A stretch of DNA of 41,520 bases. Origin: a virus (lineage: Duplodnaviria; Caudoviricetes). The notes beneath the pieces were generated by a model. It did not search any database and had not been told where the DNA came from. It was given only the letters and a program-made list of their open reading frames with translations. Below, in pieces: positions 15,818 through 24,331 of the stretch (positions within the stretch are counted from its first letter, which is position 1; each line of letters opens with the position of its first letter). The stretch covers positions 1-41,520 of the IMG/VR virus record IMGVR_UViG_3300036821_000042; one strand, 5' to 3'. Both the position numbers and the translations under genes were made by a program.

Positions 15818-16290
15818 CGACTCGCATCATTCGCGGACCTAAAGAGGACCAGCTGCATGTGTCGGTAGCGCAGCTGCTTGATTGGATTCTGCTGCCTCCC
15901 GCTTTCTACACAACTTTCCCAGCTGGCTGGGGCGTGCTTAGTCCGATGATGGCTCAGCGACTCAAACGCAGCGGCTTGAAGGCAGGGATGCCTGACATCC
16001 TGCTGTTCTTCAAAAGCAGGTGTTACGGCATCGAACTGAAAACTGGCAAAAACGCACTCTCGCCCGATCAGAAAGAGACCATCAGTCAACTGGGATATGC
16101 TGGTGTGCCAGTCTGGGTCTGTCGCAGCGTCGAGGATGTGATTAGCGTACTTCGCATCGTCAAACTCCCGATGCGACCGCTAGCAGGAGGCGATCAATGG
16201 CAACCAAATCGAAAAGAGCTGCCTCCCGGCGTAACCTCCGCAAAGCGCGCCGACATCGGCGCAGAAGGAGACGTTGATGGCGCAGCATGA
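15814..16290 (+). CDS. VRR-NUC domain PD-(D/E)xK nuclease
   Basis: 'E-QL...GLKAGMPDILL...YGIELKT...LSPDQKE...L-YAG-PVWVCRSVEDV'; GTGA overlap with P5. Confidence 0.85.
   Translation: MTTRIIRGPKEDQLHVSVAQLLDWILLPPAFYTTFPAGWGVLSPMMAQRLKRSGLKAGMPDILLFFKSRCYGIELKTGKNALSPDQKETISQLGYAGVPVWVCRSVEDVISVLRIVKLPMRPLAGGDQWQPNRKELPPGVTSAKRADIGAEGDVDGAA
16197..16277 (+). CDS. Protamine-like microprotein P6 (26 aa, 12 Arg, 3 Lys), nested out of frame in the VRR-NUC 3' end
   Basis: MATKSKRAASRRNLRKARRHRRRRRR*; AGGAGG RBS; TGATG-coupled to the next gene. Confidence 0.7.
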   Translation: MATKSKRAASRRNLRKARRHRRRRRR

Positions 16291-16573
16291 AGGGAAGCAA
16301 GGCGAATGGCCGAGGGTGCGGAACAATCCAACGGGCTACTTTCAGCACCCGGACGGGATTCTGAAATCCACTCGCTCACTCGCAGGGCCTTTGCGTTTGG
16401 GAACAGAGGACCGCGTAGGGCCAAAAGGCTTTCTAAAGGACGGCAACGCATCCGACTACGGCATGGATCGCGTCTCAAAAAGAGGCTTTGACCCGGCAGG
16501 GACGAGCGACTCGCGAGACAACGCGCAGGAAGCCTCGTCGCTGCTATCGCGTGAGAGCCGTCGATCCGAATAG
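16277..16573 (+). CDS. Hypothetical protein
   Basis: AAGGAG RBS; coupled to P6. Confidence 0.7.
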   Translation: MAQHEGKQGEWPRVRNNPTGYFQHPDGILKSTRSLAGPLRLGTEDRVGPKGFLKDGNASDYGMDRVSKRGFDPAGTSDSRDNAQEASSLLSRESRRSE

Positions 16574-16576
16574 CCT

Positions 16577-16981
16577 ATGTCCACTGCATCGCTGCTTGTG
16601 ATGCCCGACAACCCGACTCAGCGGGCCATGTTCTGGTTCGAGGAGGCGATGATCCACAGGCGGGAGCTGGGAGCGATGTCTCCGCTCAACCGCTTTTCGG
16701 TGTTGCCGTATTTCATCGACCCGTTTCTCTCGAATACGATGTGGCTGCTCACGCATCAGCAGGCGCAGAACGACGCCAACACGACTATGCCGACCTGGAA
16801 TGAGGCACCGCCGCCCGCCTACCCAGGCACATTGCTGACCAGTGTTCCTGAGACGCAGAATTTGATAGACGTGAATTTGGACGACCAGAGGCAGCGTGCA
16901 TGGTGGACCTTTGCGAACCATCGCGAGCAGCTGATAGCAATGGACAACTTGCCCCCAGTGCTGACCTACCCGTTCTGGTGA
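16577..16981 (+). CDS. Hypothetical virion-operon protein
   Basis: 134 aa, tightly packed in the operon. Confidence 0.7.
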   Translation: MSTASLLVMPDNPTQRAMFWFEEAMIHRRELGAMSPLNRFSVLPYFIDPFLSNTMWLLTHQQAQNDANTTMPTWNEAPPPAYPGTLLTSVPETQNLIDVNLDDQRQRAWWTFANHREQLIAMDNLPPVLTYPFW

Positions 16982-17391
16982 GGTTGCTGGTCGAGAACGA
17001 CCTCCCCTGGCTGCACTACCTTTTCGGCAAGCGCTATCCCAAGCACTATGATCAGGCGACCACCGAGCGGTGGTTTCGCGCAATCGTCACCCGAGACGCG
17101 CTGAACACCTACGCGGTGCGTACTGACGATGCGTTCCTGGTCGCGCTGACGGCTGTGCTACCGTGGATTCCTGGCGAGCCAGAGGTCAACGTGGTGGGCA
17201 TCTGCGCCGAGGAGAATTGCAGCTGGCAGGTTGTCAGGCTGCTGCGGTCGTCCATCGACTGGGCGCGAAAACGCAACGCCGCTCGCTGGCGGATTAACAC
17301 AGACACGGATTATGATGTTGCGGCGTTGGCGTTGCGCGTAGGAGCGCGCGAGATCAGTCCGCGCTTTGAGATTGATCTCAGAGGAGGCTGA
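16978..17391 (+). CDS. GNAT-like acetyltransferase-fold protein
   Basis: N-terminal 'RLLVENDLPWL' and C-terminal 'RLLRSSIDWARKRNA...ALALRVGA' follow the GNAT pattern; position before the ejection proteins; GTGA overlap. Confidence 0.55.
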   Translation: MRLLVENDLPWLHYLFGKRYPKHYDQATTERWFRAIVTRDALNTYAVRTDDAFLVALTAVLPWIPGEPEVNVVGICAEENCSWQVVRLLRSSIDWARKRNAARWRINTDTDYDVAALALRVGAREISPRFEIDLRGG

Positions 17392-17393
17392 CA

Positions 17394-17906
17394 GTGAGCG
17401 GCATCGTTCAAAGCATCGCCGGGATCACCGGACTAACCAGCTCGAACATCCCAAACATCACGAATCCTTTCACGCCCTTGCCGCTTCCAACTGCTGCGAG
17501 TTCGTTCGGCGATCTCAGCTCAATCGGTCTCACGCCGGATGAAATAGCGCTTAGCGATTTTCTAGGCCTACAGCAGGACACGCGCACGCGCGACATCTAT
17601 TCGCGGCTCGGTCTCGGCGGCTCGACTATGGAAGCGCAGGACCTCGGCTCGAATGAGTTGCAGCGATTGGCTGAGTCGGCGAATCTTGAAACAACGAATC
17701 GTGGTCAGGCGATACAGGAGCAACAAGTTTCTGGCAATCAACAACTGCAAGAGCAGTCAACCGCAACGAACGCCGGTCTGCAGACACAGAATCTGGCGCT
17801 CCAGGCGGCGAACGCGGCGAACCGCAATCAGCAGCAAGCCTTTACCAACCTGTCGTCAGGCTTGGGCAGTCTCGCCAGTTCCGTTGGATCAGCGGCGGCG
17901 GCGTAA
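17394..17906 (+). CDS. Putative small internal virion/ejection protein
   Basis: Gln/Ala/Ser/Gly-rich with a 'RLGLGGST' motif; GGAGG RBS; position. Confidence 0.6.
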   Translation: MSGIVQSIAGITGLTSSNIPNITNPFTPLPLPTAASSFGDLSSIGLTPDEIALSDFLGLQQDTRTRDIYSRLGLGGSTMEAQDLGSNELQRLAESANLETTNRGQAIQEQQVSGNQQLQEQSTATNAGLQTQNLALQAANAANRNQQQAFTNLSSGLGSLASSVGSAAAA

Positions 17907-17908
17907 CC

Positions 17909-19648
17909 ATGAATCCGCAGAGCAGCCTTGGTGGATTGGTGCAGAGCAGTTCCGGTACAGCGGCCGGTCCAGCGGGCGCAACCCCGGCCAATTTGAGCGG
18001 CGGCTCTGTCGATCCTACGACGACCGATCTTTCCAGTTTGATTGGAGACCTTGGGAATACGCCGCTGAGCGGCGGAAGCACGAGCGCAACAACCGGCGCG
18101 TTTGACCCCGCGCTCTATGAACCGGGCGGGATATTCAGCCCGACTGGAACACCTGACATCGCCAGCACTCCCGCCGTTGCAGAGGCGCAAAGAGACCCCA
18201 GCGGACAGGTCCCGCCAGACCAAAGCGTTGACCGCAGCGGCAAGGGGGATCGCGCCACCACGCAAGAGGACCAGCCAGCGCCGACTCGCAGCGCTGCCGC
18301 CGAGCCTCCCAGCACGACGCCGCAAGGTCCGACCGGGTTCGGGGCCGATCAAACGCAACAGCCGAGTGGCGGCAAGGCCGCGACCGCTGGGGCCAGCCCG
18401 CTGACGCAGCTCATATCTCAGTTGGCGGGAGCAAAGCCGGGAGCAACAACGGGAAAACCGAGTGCAGCGGCTGCAGTCGATCAGCCTGCAGCTGCGGCTC
18501 CGCAGCCAGCTGGAGCGGCACCTCCAGCTGGCGGCGGTCAACCAGCTCCACGAGCGCCAGCTGGAGGCGGCGCAGCTGGTGGTGCGCCACAGCCACAGGT
18601 GCCCGGTGCGCTCGGTGGGGCGCAGCTGCCGGCAGGCGGTGGTGGCGGTGTGCCTCCACTGTTGCAGGCGATTATGAACATGCTCGGCCTGGGCGGGCTG
18701 ACGGGTGGCGGGGGTCCGCCGCTGCAGGGGGTCGCGCGGCAGGCTTACCCGCAGCGCCAGATCGCGCCGATCTCGCCGACCGCTGGACTCGGCCCCTATG
18801 CGCGAGCGCGTGCCGCTCACGGCGGTCAGCCTGGGCAATACGCGCAGCCAACGCAGGACGAGTGGGATCGCAACGTGAGTAGCGGCGGCGGGATGGGTCC
18901 GGCCCCAGGTTCGACCGACGAGGTATCCGCGCCGACAGATCAACAGGTGCGCCAAGGCAGGCTCGCCGGCACCGACACAGCGCCGACCGCTGGATTCAGT
19001 CCTGTGCTGGAACGCGAGCGTGCCAAATTCCGTGACCAGCTCAACGACCCGCGTACCAAATGGGAGACGCTGGCGATCCTGTCGCTCGAACACGCACACG
19101 ACCCGGCAGCGGTCGCCGAGTCGCTGCTCAATCGCAGCGACTACGCCAAGACCTCGATCCGCAACATGATCCACTCCGGGTTCTATGGCCCGGTCAATTT
19201 CGGAAAGCTCGGTCGCGAGATCAGGAGGCTGCAGGCAAATCCACAAGAGGCAGCTAAGCTGAACGCTGGACTTGAAACAGCGATGCGAGGGAGCAATCTG
19301 ATCGGCGGCGCGACCGACCAAGGCAGCGGCAGAGACCCGAATGTCGGCTGGCGAGGCGGTCGCGTTGTCCGTTTCAACGAAATCTACAACGACTGGGGCG
19401 GTGGACCCGGAGGCCATGCCGGCGCGGAACGCTACCGCAAACAGCAGCAGCAGCGCGTGCGAGGTGAACAGCAGCGAGTCGCAATGGACATCACTCGGCG
19501 CGTCCCGTTCACCGGAGGCGCGGAACAGGAGATCGGCGGCGGGATGATACGCAGGGGTGCTCCCGCTACCGAGTTTGAGAACATCATCGAGCAGCGCCGG
19601 AAGAACGAGGGCGAGCGCGTGCGCGCGAGGGCCGGAGTCGTATCGTGA
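17909..19648 (+). CDS. Internal virion protein with a C-terminal cell-wall-hydrolase-like (SleB/Hydrolase_2) domain
   Basis: Low-complexity N-terminus; C-terminal 'LSLE...AAVAESLLNR...SIRNMI...GSNLIGGATD' resembles Hydrolase_2. Confidence 0.6.
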   Translation: MNPQSSLGGLVQSSSGTAAGPAGATPANLSGGSVDPTTTDLSSLIGDLGNTPLSGGSTSATTGAFDPALYEPGGIFSPTGTPDIASTPAVAEAQRDPSGQVPPDQSVDRSGKGDRATTQEDQPAPTRSAAAEPPSTTPQGPTGFGADQTQQPSGGKAATAGASPLTQLISQLAGAKPGATTGKPSAAAAVDQPAAAAPQPAGAAPPAGGGQPAPRAPAGGGAAGGAPQPQVPGALGGAQLPAGGGGGVPPLLQAIMNMLGLGGLTGGGGPPLQGVARQAYPQRQIAPISPTAGLGPYARARAAHGGQPGQYAQPTQDEWDRNVSSGGGMGPAPGSTDEVSAPTDQQVRQGRLAGTDTAPTAGFSPVLERERAKFRDQLNDPRTKWETLAILSLEHAHDPAAVAESLLNRSDYAKTSIRNMIHSGFYGPVNFGKLGREIRRLQANPQEAAKLNAGLETAMRGSNLIGGATDQGSGRDPNVGWRGGRVVRFNEIYNDWGGGPGGHAGAERYRKQQQQRVRGEQQRVAMDITRRVPFTGGAEQEIGGGMIRRGAPATEFENIIEQRRKNEGERVRARAGVVS

Positions 19649-22479
19649 GCAACGTCTACGATTTCAATCCGTCAGGCTTGCTGCCATTGGTGCGGATGAT
19701 TCAATCGTCTATTCCGGCGACAGCTAGCCCTGACACGCCAGAACCGTTGCCCGCACCCTCGGGCGGGCTACCGGCAACTGCTCCGACCGGGCCGTCCACT
19801 CCAAGCGGACTGGGATCTGCGTTCGGATCGCTTGGCGCTGGAGTTGCGGACCTCGCCAGACGGTACGCAGCCGCTGGTCAGCCGGGTGTTTGGGGGCAAG
19901 GCGCCCAGAGCGTTGACGAAAGCGGCATGGTGTTTCCGCCCGAGCCAGCGCGGCAGCAACCGCAGCAGACTGCACAGCCATCGCCGATGGAGCCGCAGAG
20001 GACATACGAGTTCCCGCCGTCGCCAATTCAACCCAGGCCGGACGAGACGACAGGGGCAAAACCAGAGGAGCCCACACCGACACCGCCAGAGGCTAAGGCT
20101 CCCCCGCGCCAGGAGCCGTTCATCCCGTCTGACCGCAGAACTCGACCGGAGGAGTGGGGCCGATCCGATCTGGCGATTCAAGGCGCAGCGAAATATCCCG
20201 GTCTACTCCAGGGACCGTACATGCCGCAGCCGCACGAGTGGCGCGGGATCATGCAAAATTCGACTCGATTCCTTGGGCGCTTCGGTTCTGGCGTGATCTC
20301 GCCTTTGGCAGTGTCGCTGGCCCAGCTCGATCCCGCTTATTGGAAAGCGAAACAGTCGGGCGAGACGCACAAGGCGGCTATGGCGCAAGCCCAGTTCAAT
20401 CTCCAGGCAAAAGAGCTGGCACAGAAGCTGTCGGCAGAGAATCGCGCCTACGGCGATGCGTTCGCGGCTTACGGTCCGCACAAGGACGCAAGCGGCAAGC
20501 TGATCCCCGGCGACGAGGATGCTTTGCGCGAGGAGATTATGCAGATCGCGGCTGCGAGCCACGACACGTTGATTCAGTCGGTGATGGATAAGGGGGGATT
20601 GCCAGCAGTCGAGCGGGTGATCCAGGCGCGGCACGCAAACGGCCAGGACATCACCAAGGTCCTGACCCAGCAGATCAAGCAGGGTCAGCTTGAGGGCATC
20701 CAACTGAGAAACGAGGAAGCCAGGAGGAAGGCAAGAGCCGCCCAAGGTCAGCTTGAGGGATACGGCGCGGTTGGCACAGCACCAGCGCCCGCCGTTGCAG
20801 CACCGGACGGAACACTCCCTCCCGCACCGGAAGCCGAGCCGGGTGAGAAGCAGCGCGAGTGGCCAGCAGAGCCGGCACCGCCCGCAACGAAGGAAGCCCC
20901 GGAAACGAGCGAGGGCACGCCCGAGGGCGGCGGCGACGAGGCGGCGGCTGCGGAACCCACTGCCGAAGCCCCTGAGAAAACTGCCGAGGCTCCCGCAGAA
21001 CCTGCGGAGACCCCTGAGAAAACTGCGGAGGCTCCATCGCCAAGCGAGCGACTGTTGGCATCTGCGGAGGACACTGCAGCAGCGCCAGCCGGGGCAAAGC
21101 CCACACGACTGGCAGAGGCAGCTACAGGCACCGCCACCGATGCGCCGTCGCCTGCCGCAAAGGCGCCGCCCGCAGCACCCGAGCCCCAGCTGCCTGAGTG
21201 GCTACAGCGTGCGCGCGAGGGCACGAAACCTGCAACACCGGGGACACCGGCTGCAACAACGGGGGCAGCGGCTGCAACACCCGCAGCTCCAGCTCAGCCT
21301 GAGAGGTTGCCAGAGTCGGAATTTGCACCGCCGCGATCTCCAGCGTTGGACAAGGCGCGCAATTTCATCAACCCGTACACTAATCAACCGCTCCCATTGG
21401 ATCAGGAAGGCGTCAACGCCAGGGCGCGAGGTTTGGTCAACGGCACGATCAAGACAATCCAAGGACAGAAAGAGGTCCCGCAGGAAATCCGCAACATTGA
21501 TCGGATGCGAGCGAACGAAATGGAGGCAACGCTCGACCGCATCATCGCCGATCCGAAATACAAGGGCGATGATGTCTACAAAGCCATTTCCAAGGTGGCG
21601 AACAACCCCGAGCTGGCTGCTGATCTACGCGCGTATGTGGATGGCGATGTCGCCGTTCCGTCCGGCTCGTGGAATAACTTGAACTTTCTCAAACGAATCA
21701 TCGCTCTTGGGCACAAGGTAGACCCGGATTTCAACACAGCGACCTTTGCCGTGCGCGCCAGGACGAAGCAGAGTTTTGCGAACGGCGCGGATGCTCGCAA
21801 TTTCACCTCGCTTGGCACGCTCTACATGCACGCCGACGAGGGAATCAAAATCCTCAACGAAATCGTGAGACAGAATCCCGGCATCCTGCGCGAGTATCTG
21901 GGCGCGTCAAAACTCGGGGCGAGGCTAGGTCGGCTTGGGACAACACCCGAGCAGCGAGCACTGTTTGCGCGGCTCGACACGGTGCTTGGAACGGTCGCGA
22001 CCGAGTTCGTCCGCGCGACCAGTGGAGCGGCCCCAACGGTCAGCCACCGCAACGAGGTGCATCATGGTTTGGATTACAAGTGGAACGAGGAAGGCACTGT
22101 CATCGACCAGTTGCAACAGATGAAAACGCTTGCACAGGATCGGATGAAGGGCCTGGGTCAGCGCTACAACGCCGTTCTTGGTATCGGAGCCAAAAAGGAC
22201 CCGATGGCTAATCTGATCAATGGCTACATCGAGGGGACTGGAGCTGGCAGATCGGACAGCGACACCAAGAGCAACCACAGCGTTTCTGGTGGCTATGTGA
22301 GGGCAGCGGGTGATGATCTGGGTCCCTACGCCAACAGGAATGACCCGCGCGTGCGAGCTGCTATTCAGCAAGCGCTCACACCGTTAGCTCCGCGAGATCA
22401 GGAAGCGGTGGACTGGGCGCGCAAGAACCCGCAGGACCCGCGCGCTCGGCAAATCCTTGAGCACAACAATGCCCTTTGA
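19645..22479 (+). CDS. Large internal virion/ejection protein
   Basis: 944 aa; helical segments with Pro/Ala/Glu linkers; position. Confidence 0.65.
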   Translation: MSNVYDFNPSGLLPLVRMIQSSIPATASPDTPEPLPAPSGGLPATAPTGPSTPSGLGSAFGSLGAGVADLARRYAAAGQPGVWGQGAQSVDESGMVFPPEPARQQPQQTAQPSPMEPQRTYEFPPSPIQPRPDETTGAKPEEPTPTPPEAKAPPRQEPFIPSDRRTRPEEWGRSDLAIQGAAKYPGLLQGPYMPQPHEWRGIMQNSTRFLGRFGSGVISPLAVSLAQLDPAYWKAKQSGETHKAAMAQAQFNLQAKELAQKLSAENRAYGDAFAAYGPHKDASGKLIPGDEDALREEIMQIAAASHDTLIQSVMDKGGLPAVERVIQARHANGQDITKVLTQQIKQGQLEGIQLRNEEARRKARAAQGQLEGYGAVGTAPAPAVAAPDGTLPPAPEAEPGEKQREWPAEPAPPATKEAPETSEGTPEGGGDEAAAAEPTAEAPEKTAEAPAEPAETPEKTAEAPSPSERLLASAEDTAAAPAGAKPTRLAEAATGTATDAPSPAAKAPPAAPEPQLPEWLQRAREGTKPATPGTPAATTGAAAATPAAPAQPERLPESEFAPPRSPALDKARNFINPYTNQPLPLDQEGVNARARGLVNGTIKTIQGQKEVPQEIRNIDRMRANEMEATLDRIIADPKYKGDDVYKAISKVANNPELAADLRAYVDGDVAVPSGSWNNLNFLKRIIALGHKVDPDFNTATFAVRARTKQSFANGADARNFTSLGTLYMHADEGIKILNEIVRQNPGILREYLGASKLGARLGRLGTTPEQRALFARLDTVLGTVATEFVRATSGAAPTVSHRNEVHHGLDYKWNEEGTVIDQLQQMKTLAQDRMKGLGQRYNAVLGIGAKKDPMANLINGYIEGTGAGRSDSDTKSNHSVSGGYVRAAGDDLGPYANRNDPRVRAAIQQALTPLAPRDQEAVDWARKNPQDPRARQILEHNNAL

Positions 22480-23389
22480 TCCTGATGCTTACCTGAAAGA
22501 GAAGGCGGGTGCGCAAGCGCCAGAGACTCAACCTGAGTCAAAAGCCGCTCCCGGCGAGTCCTCAACGTACTCGTTCGGTCGGGGCGTGGTGCAAGGCGCG
22601 CTGTACGATCCCATCGAGGGCATCGGTCAGCTGATCGAACATGCCGGCAACATCAAACTCCCGGTTCCGCAGGCAGTGCGCAAATGGTTGAAGGACGTTC
22701 GCGACGAAACCGAGAAATCGACAGCCGGGACAGCGGGCAGAGTGACCGGAGCTGTCGGCTCGCTGGCGCTCGCGCCCGAGGCTTTTGCGGCAGGCAAGGC
22801 CGCCAGTGTGGCCGCCCGAGCGGCGACGGCGACTCCCAGAAGCACGTTCGCCCTTGCCAGCAAGCTAGGAAAGGCGGAAGCCGATAGACGGGCCGCCGCC
22901 TACGCGACTGCCGTTGGAAAACACCCACGAGTGCTCTCGAATGCGGAACTCACGGAGGCGCTTCTCGGTCATATTCCCGGTCAGCCCTGGCGCACGCTCT
23001 CTGCTCCAGCGCGTGTCGCGGTCGGAGCCGGAACTGCCGCTGCCGCTCCCGTCGAGGGAGAAAGCGCCAGACCCGAGAACTACGCGGAGGCAAAGCGCAA
23101 CCAAGCGCTCCTCGGCGGGTCGCTCGGTGGACTAGCCGGGAGCGCTGTGGCCAGAGGAGCGGGCAGGGTGATGCGTCCGTCGATGCACTTTGCCCACATC
23201 CCTTTCACCGGCTACGGGGCATACCATCTGCTCGGGCCTACCGGGCTTGCAGCCACAGGCGGGACGCTGGCGACCCTAGCGGCTCTGGCCAGGGGTGGCG
23301 GCGCGAGGAGCGTGGCCGGCCTTGGCGGGATGGCTGGGCAGGCTGTTAGGGCTTTGACCGAGGAGGCTCCAAATGCCGAAACCGAGTAA
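22469..23389 (+). CDS. Internal virion/ejection protein
   Basis: MPFDPDAYL N-terminus; Gly/Ala-rich segments typical of ejected proteins. Confidence 0.65.
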   Translation: MPFDPDAYLKEKAGAQAPETQPESKAAPGESSTYSFGRGVVQGALYDPIEGIGQLIEHAGNIKLPVPQAVRKWLKDVRDETEKSTAGTAGRVTGAVGSLALAPEAFAAGKAASVAARAATATPRSTFALASKLGKAEADRRAAAYATAVGKHPRVLSNAELTEALLGHIPGQPWRTLSAPARVAVGAGTAAAAPVEGESARPENYAEAKRNQALLGGSLGGLAGSAVARGAGRVMRPSMHFAHIPFTGYGAYHLLGPTGLAATGGTLATLAALARGGGARSVAGLGGMAGQAVRALTEEAPNAETE

Positions 23390-23690
23390 CGTGGTGCCGC
23401 TCAACACCCGTCAGAACCGCATCGACCGGCAGATCGACAAGGTGCTGGACGACCTTGAGGAGCTGCCGATTCCTCCGAAGGAGCGGGTAGCGGCGCTCTA
23501 CACGATCATGCGAATCCAAGTAGCTCACGCTGCATTGCGAAAGGCACAGGGCGATGGCGCAGGAAGCACAGTCAGACGATACGCCAAAGCGTTCCAGACC
23601 GATGCAACTCGTGGGCGAAAGGGAGTTGCCCGATCCGTCGCCACCACGCTCGACCTCGAGTCCGACGACGACGACGATCTCAGCGCCTGA
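23373..23690 (+). CDS. Hypothetical protein with an acidic tail
   Basis: AGGAGG RBS; ends in ESDDDDDLSA. Confidence 0.7.
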   Translation: MPKPSNVVPLNTRQNRIDRQIDKVLDDLEELPIPPKERVAALYTIMRIQVAHAALRKAQGDGAGSTVRRYAKAFQTDATRGRKGVARSVATTLDLESDDDDDLSA

Positions 23691-23922
23691 GTTCCAGCGC
23701 GAGGTCATCCACAGAACGGCTTGGAAGGCGGGGGTCCTCGGGGCGCTCAATGTGGCGACCGCGATCCTCGCAGCTCGGCTGGTCGTCCTGGTCGGCGTGA
23801 TCGGCGGGATCGGCCTGACGTGGCTTGCCCTGCAGGAGCCGGACCCCATGCGGCTCGGGGCGCTCGCGATCTATGCCGTGGGGGTCTGCCTGCCGGTCGT
23901 CTGGCTCGCTGGGAGGCGCTAG
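23602..23922 (+). CDS. Membrane protein with 2-3 hydrophobic segments (holin candidate)
   Basis: Hydrophobic stretches and a basic C-terminus (GRR); last gene of the late operon; start uncertain (23554 or 23602). Confidence 0.55.
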   Translation: MQLVGERELPDPSPPRSTSSPTTTTISAPEFQREVIHRTAWKAGVLGALNVATAILAARLVVLVGVIGGIGLTWLALQEPDPMRLGALAIYAVGVCLPVVWLAGRR

Positions 23923-24145
23923 GAGCGTTTTTCGGGGCGGGGGGGGCTACCGGACATAGGGCGGGACGTTTTACGCGATCCCTGCAGGCCCGCCCCGGCG
24001 CGGCGGTTCATCAGAAAGGGTGGGGGCCGTGCCTACCCTGTCAACGCGGGTCATCGGCCGTGCCCCCTTGCGAGCATCTGGTGACTCCCACTGTCGCCGC
24101 CCGATTATTCTCCACGGACGGGGTGGGCAGCGCCCGCAACTCAGA

Positions 24146-24331
24146 TCATTTGCGTACCCACCCCAGCGTGTTTAGGGCGGCCTCAAGGTCCAGCGGTTGG
24201 GTGCCGTCCTTCGCCTCGTGTCCAAGCAGCAGAAAGCAAGCCACGGTGTTCTTTGTTGCCCGATAGGTCAGCTGGATTCCTGGGCCATTATGGGTCCAGT
24301 GGGTCATCCTGGCCACGTCGCCGACTATCAT
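24146..24331 (-). CDS. Hypothetical protein
   Basis: TGATG coupling with the exonuclease stop. Confidence 0.6.
   Translation of the reverse strand: MIVGDVARMTHWTHNGPGIQLTYRATKNTVACFLLLGHEAKDGTQPLDLEAALNTLGWVRK

Noticed and set aside
17828-19417. Long antisense ORFs (529 aa here; also 37308-38444 and others)
   Set aside because: They are shadows of GC-rich or repetitive sense genes, with no RBS or recognisable motifs.
24093-24102. GGGCGGCGAC on the - strand, resembling the lambda cos end
   Set aside because: A 10-bp GC-rich match is expected by chance; it is far from the terminase genes and the head genes are not lambda-like.
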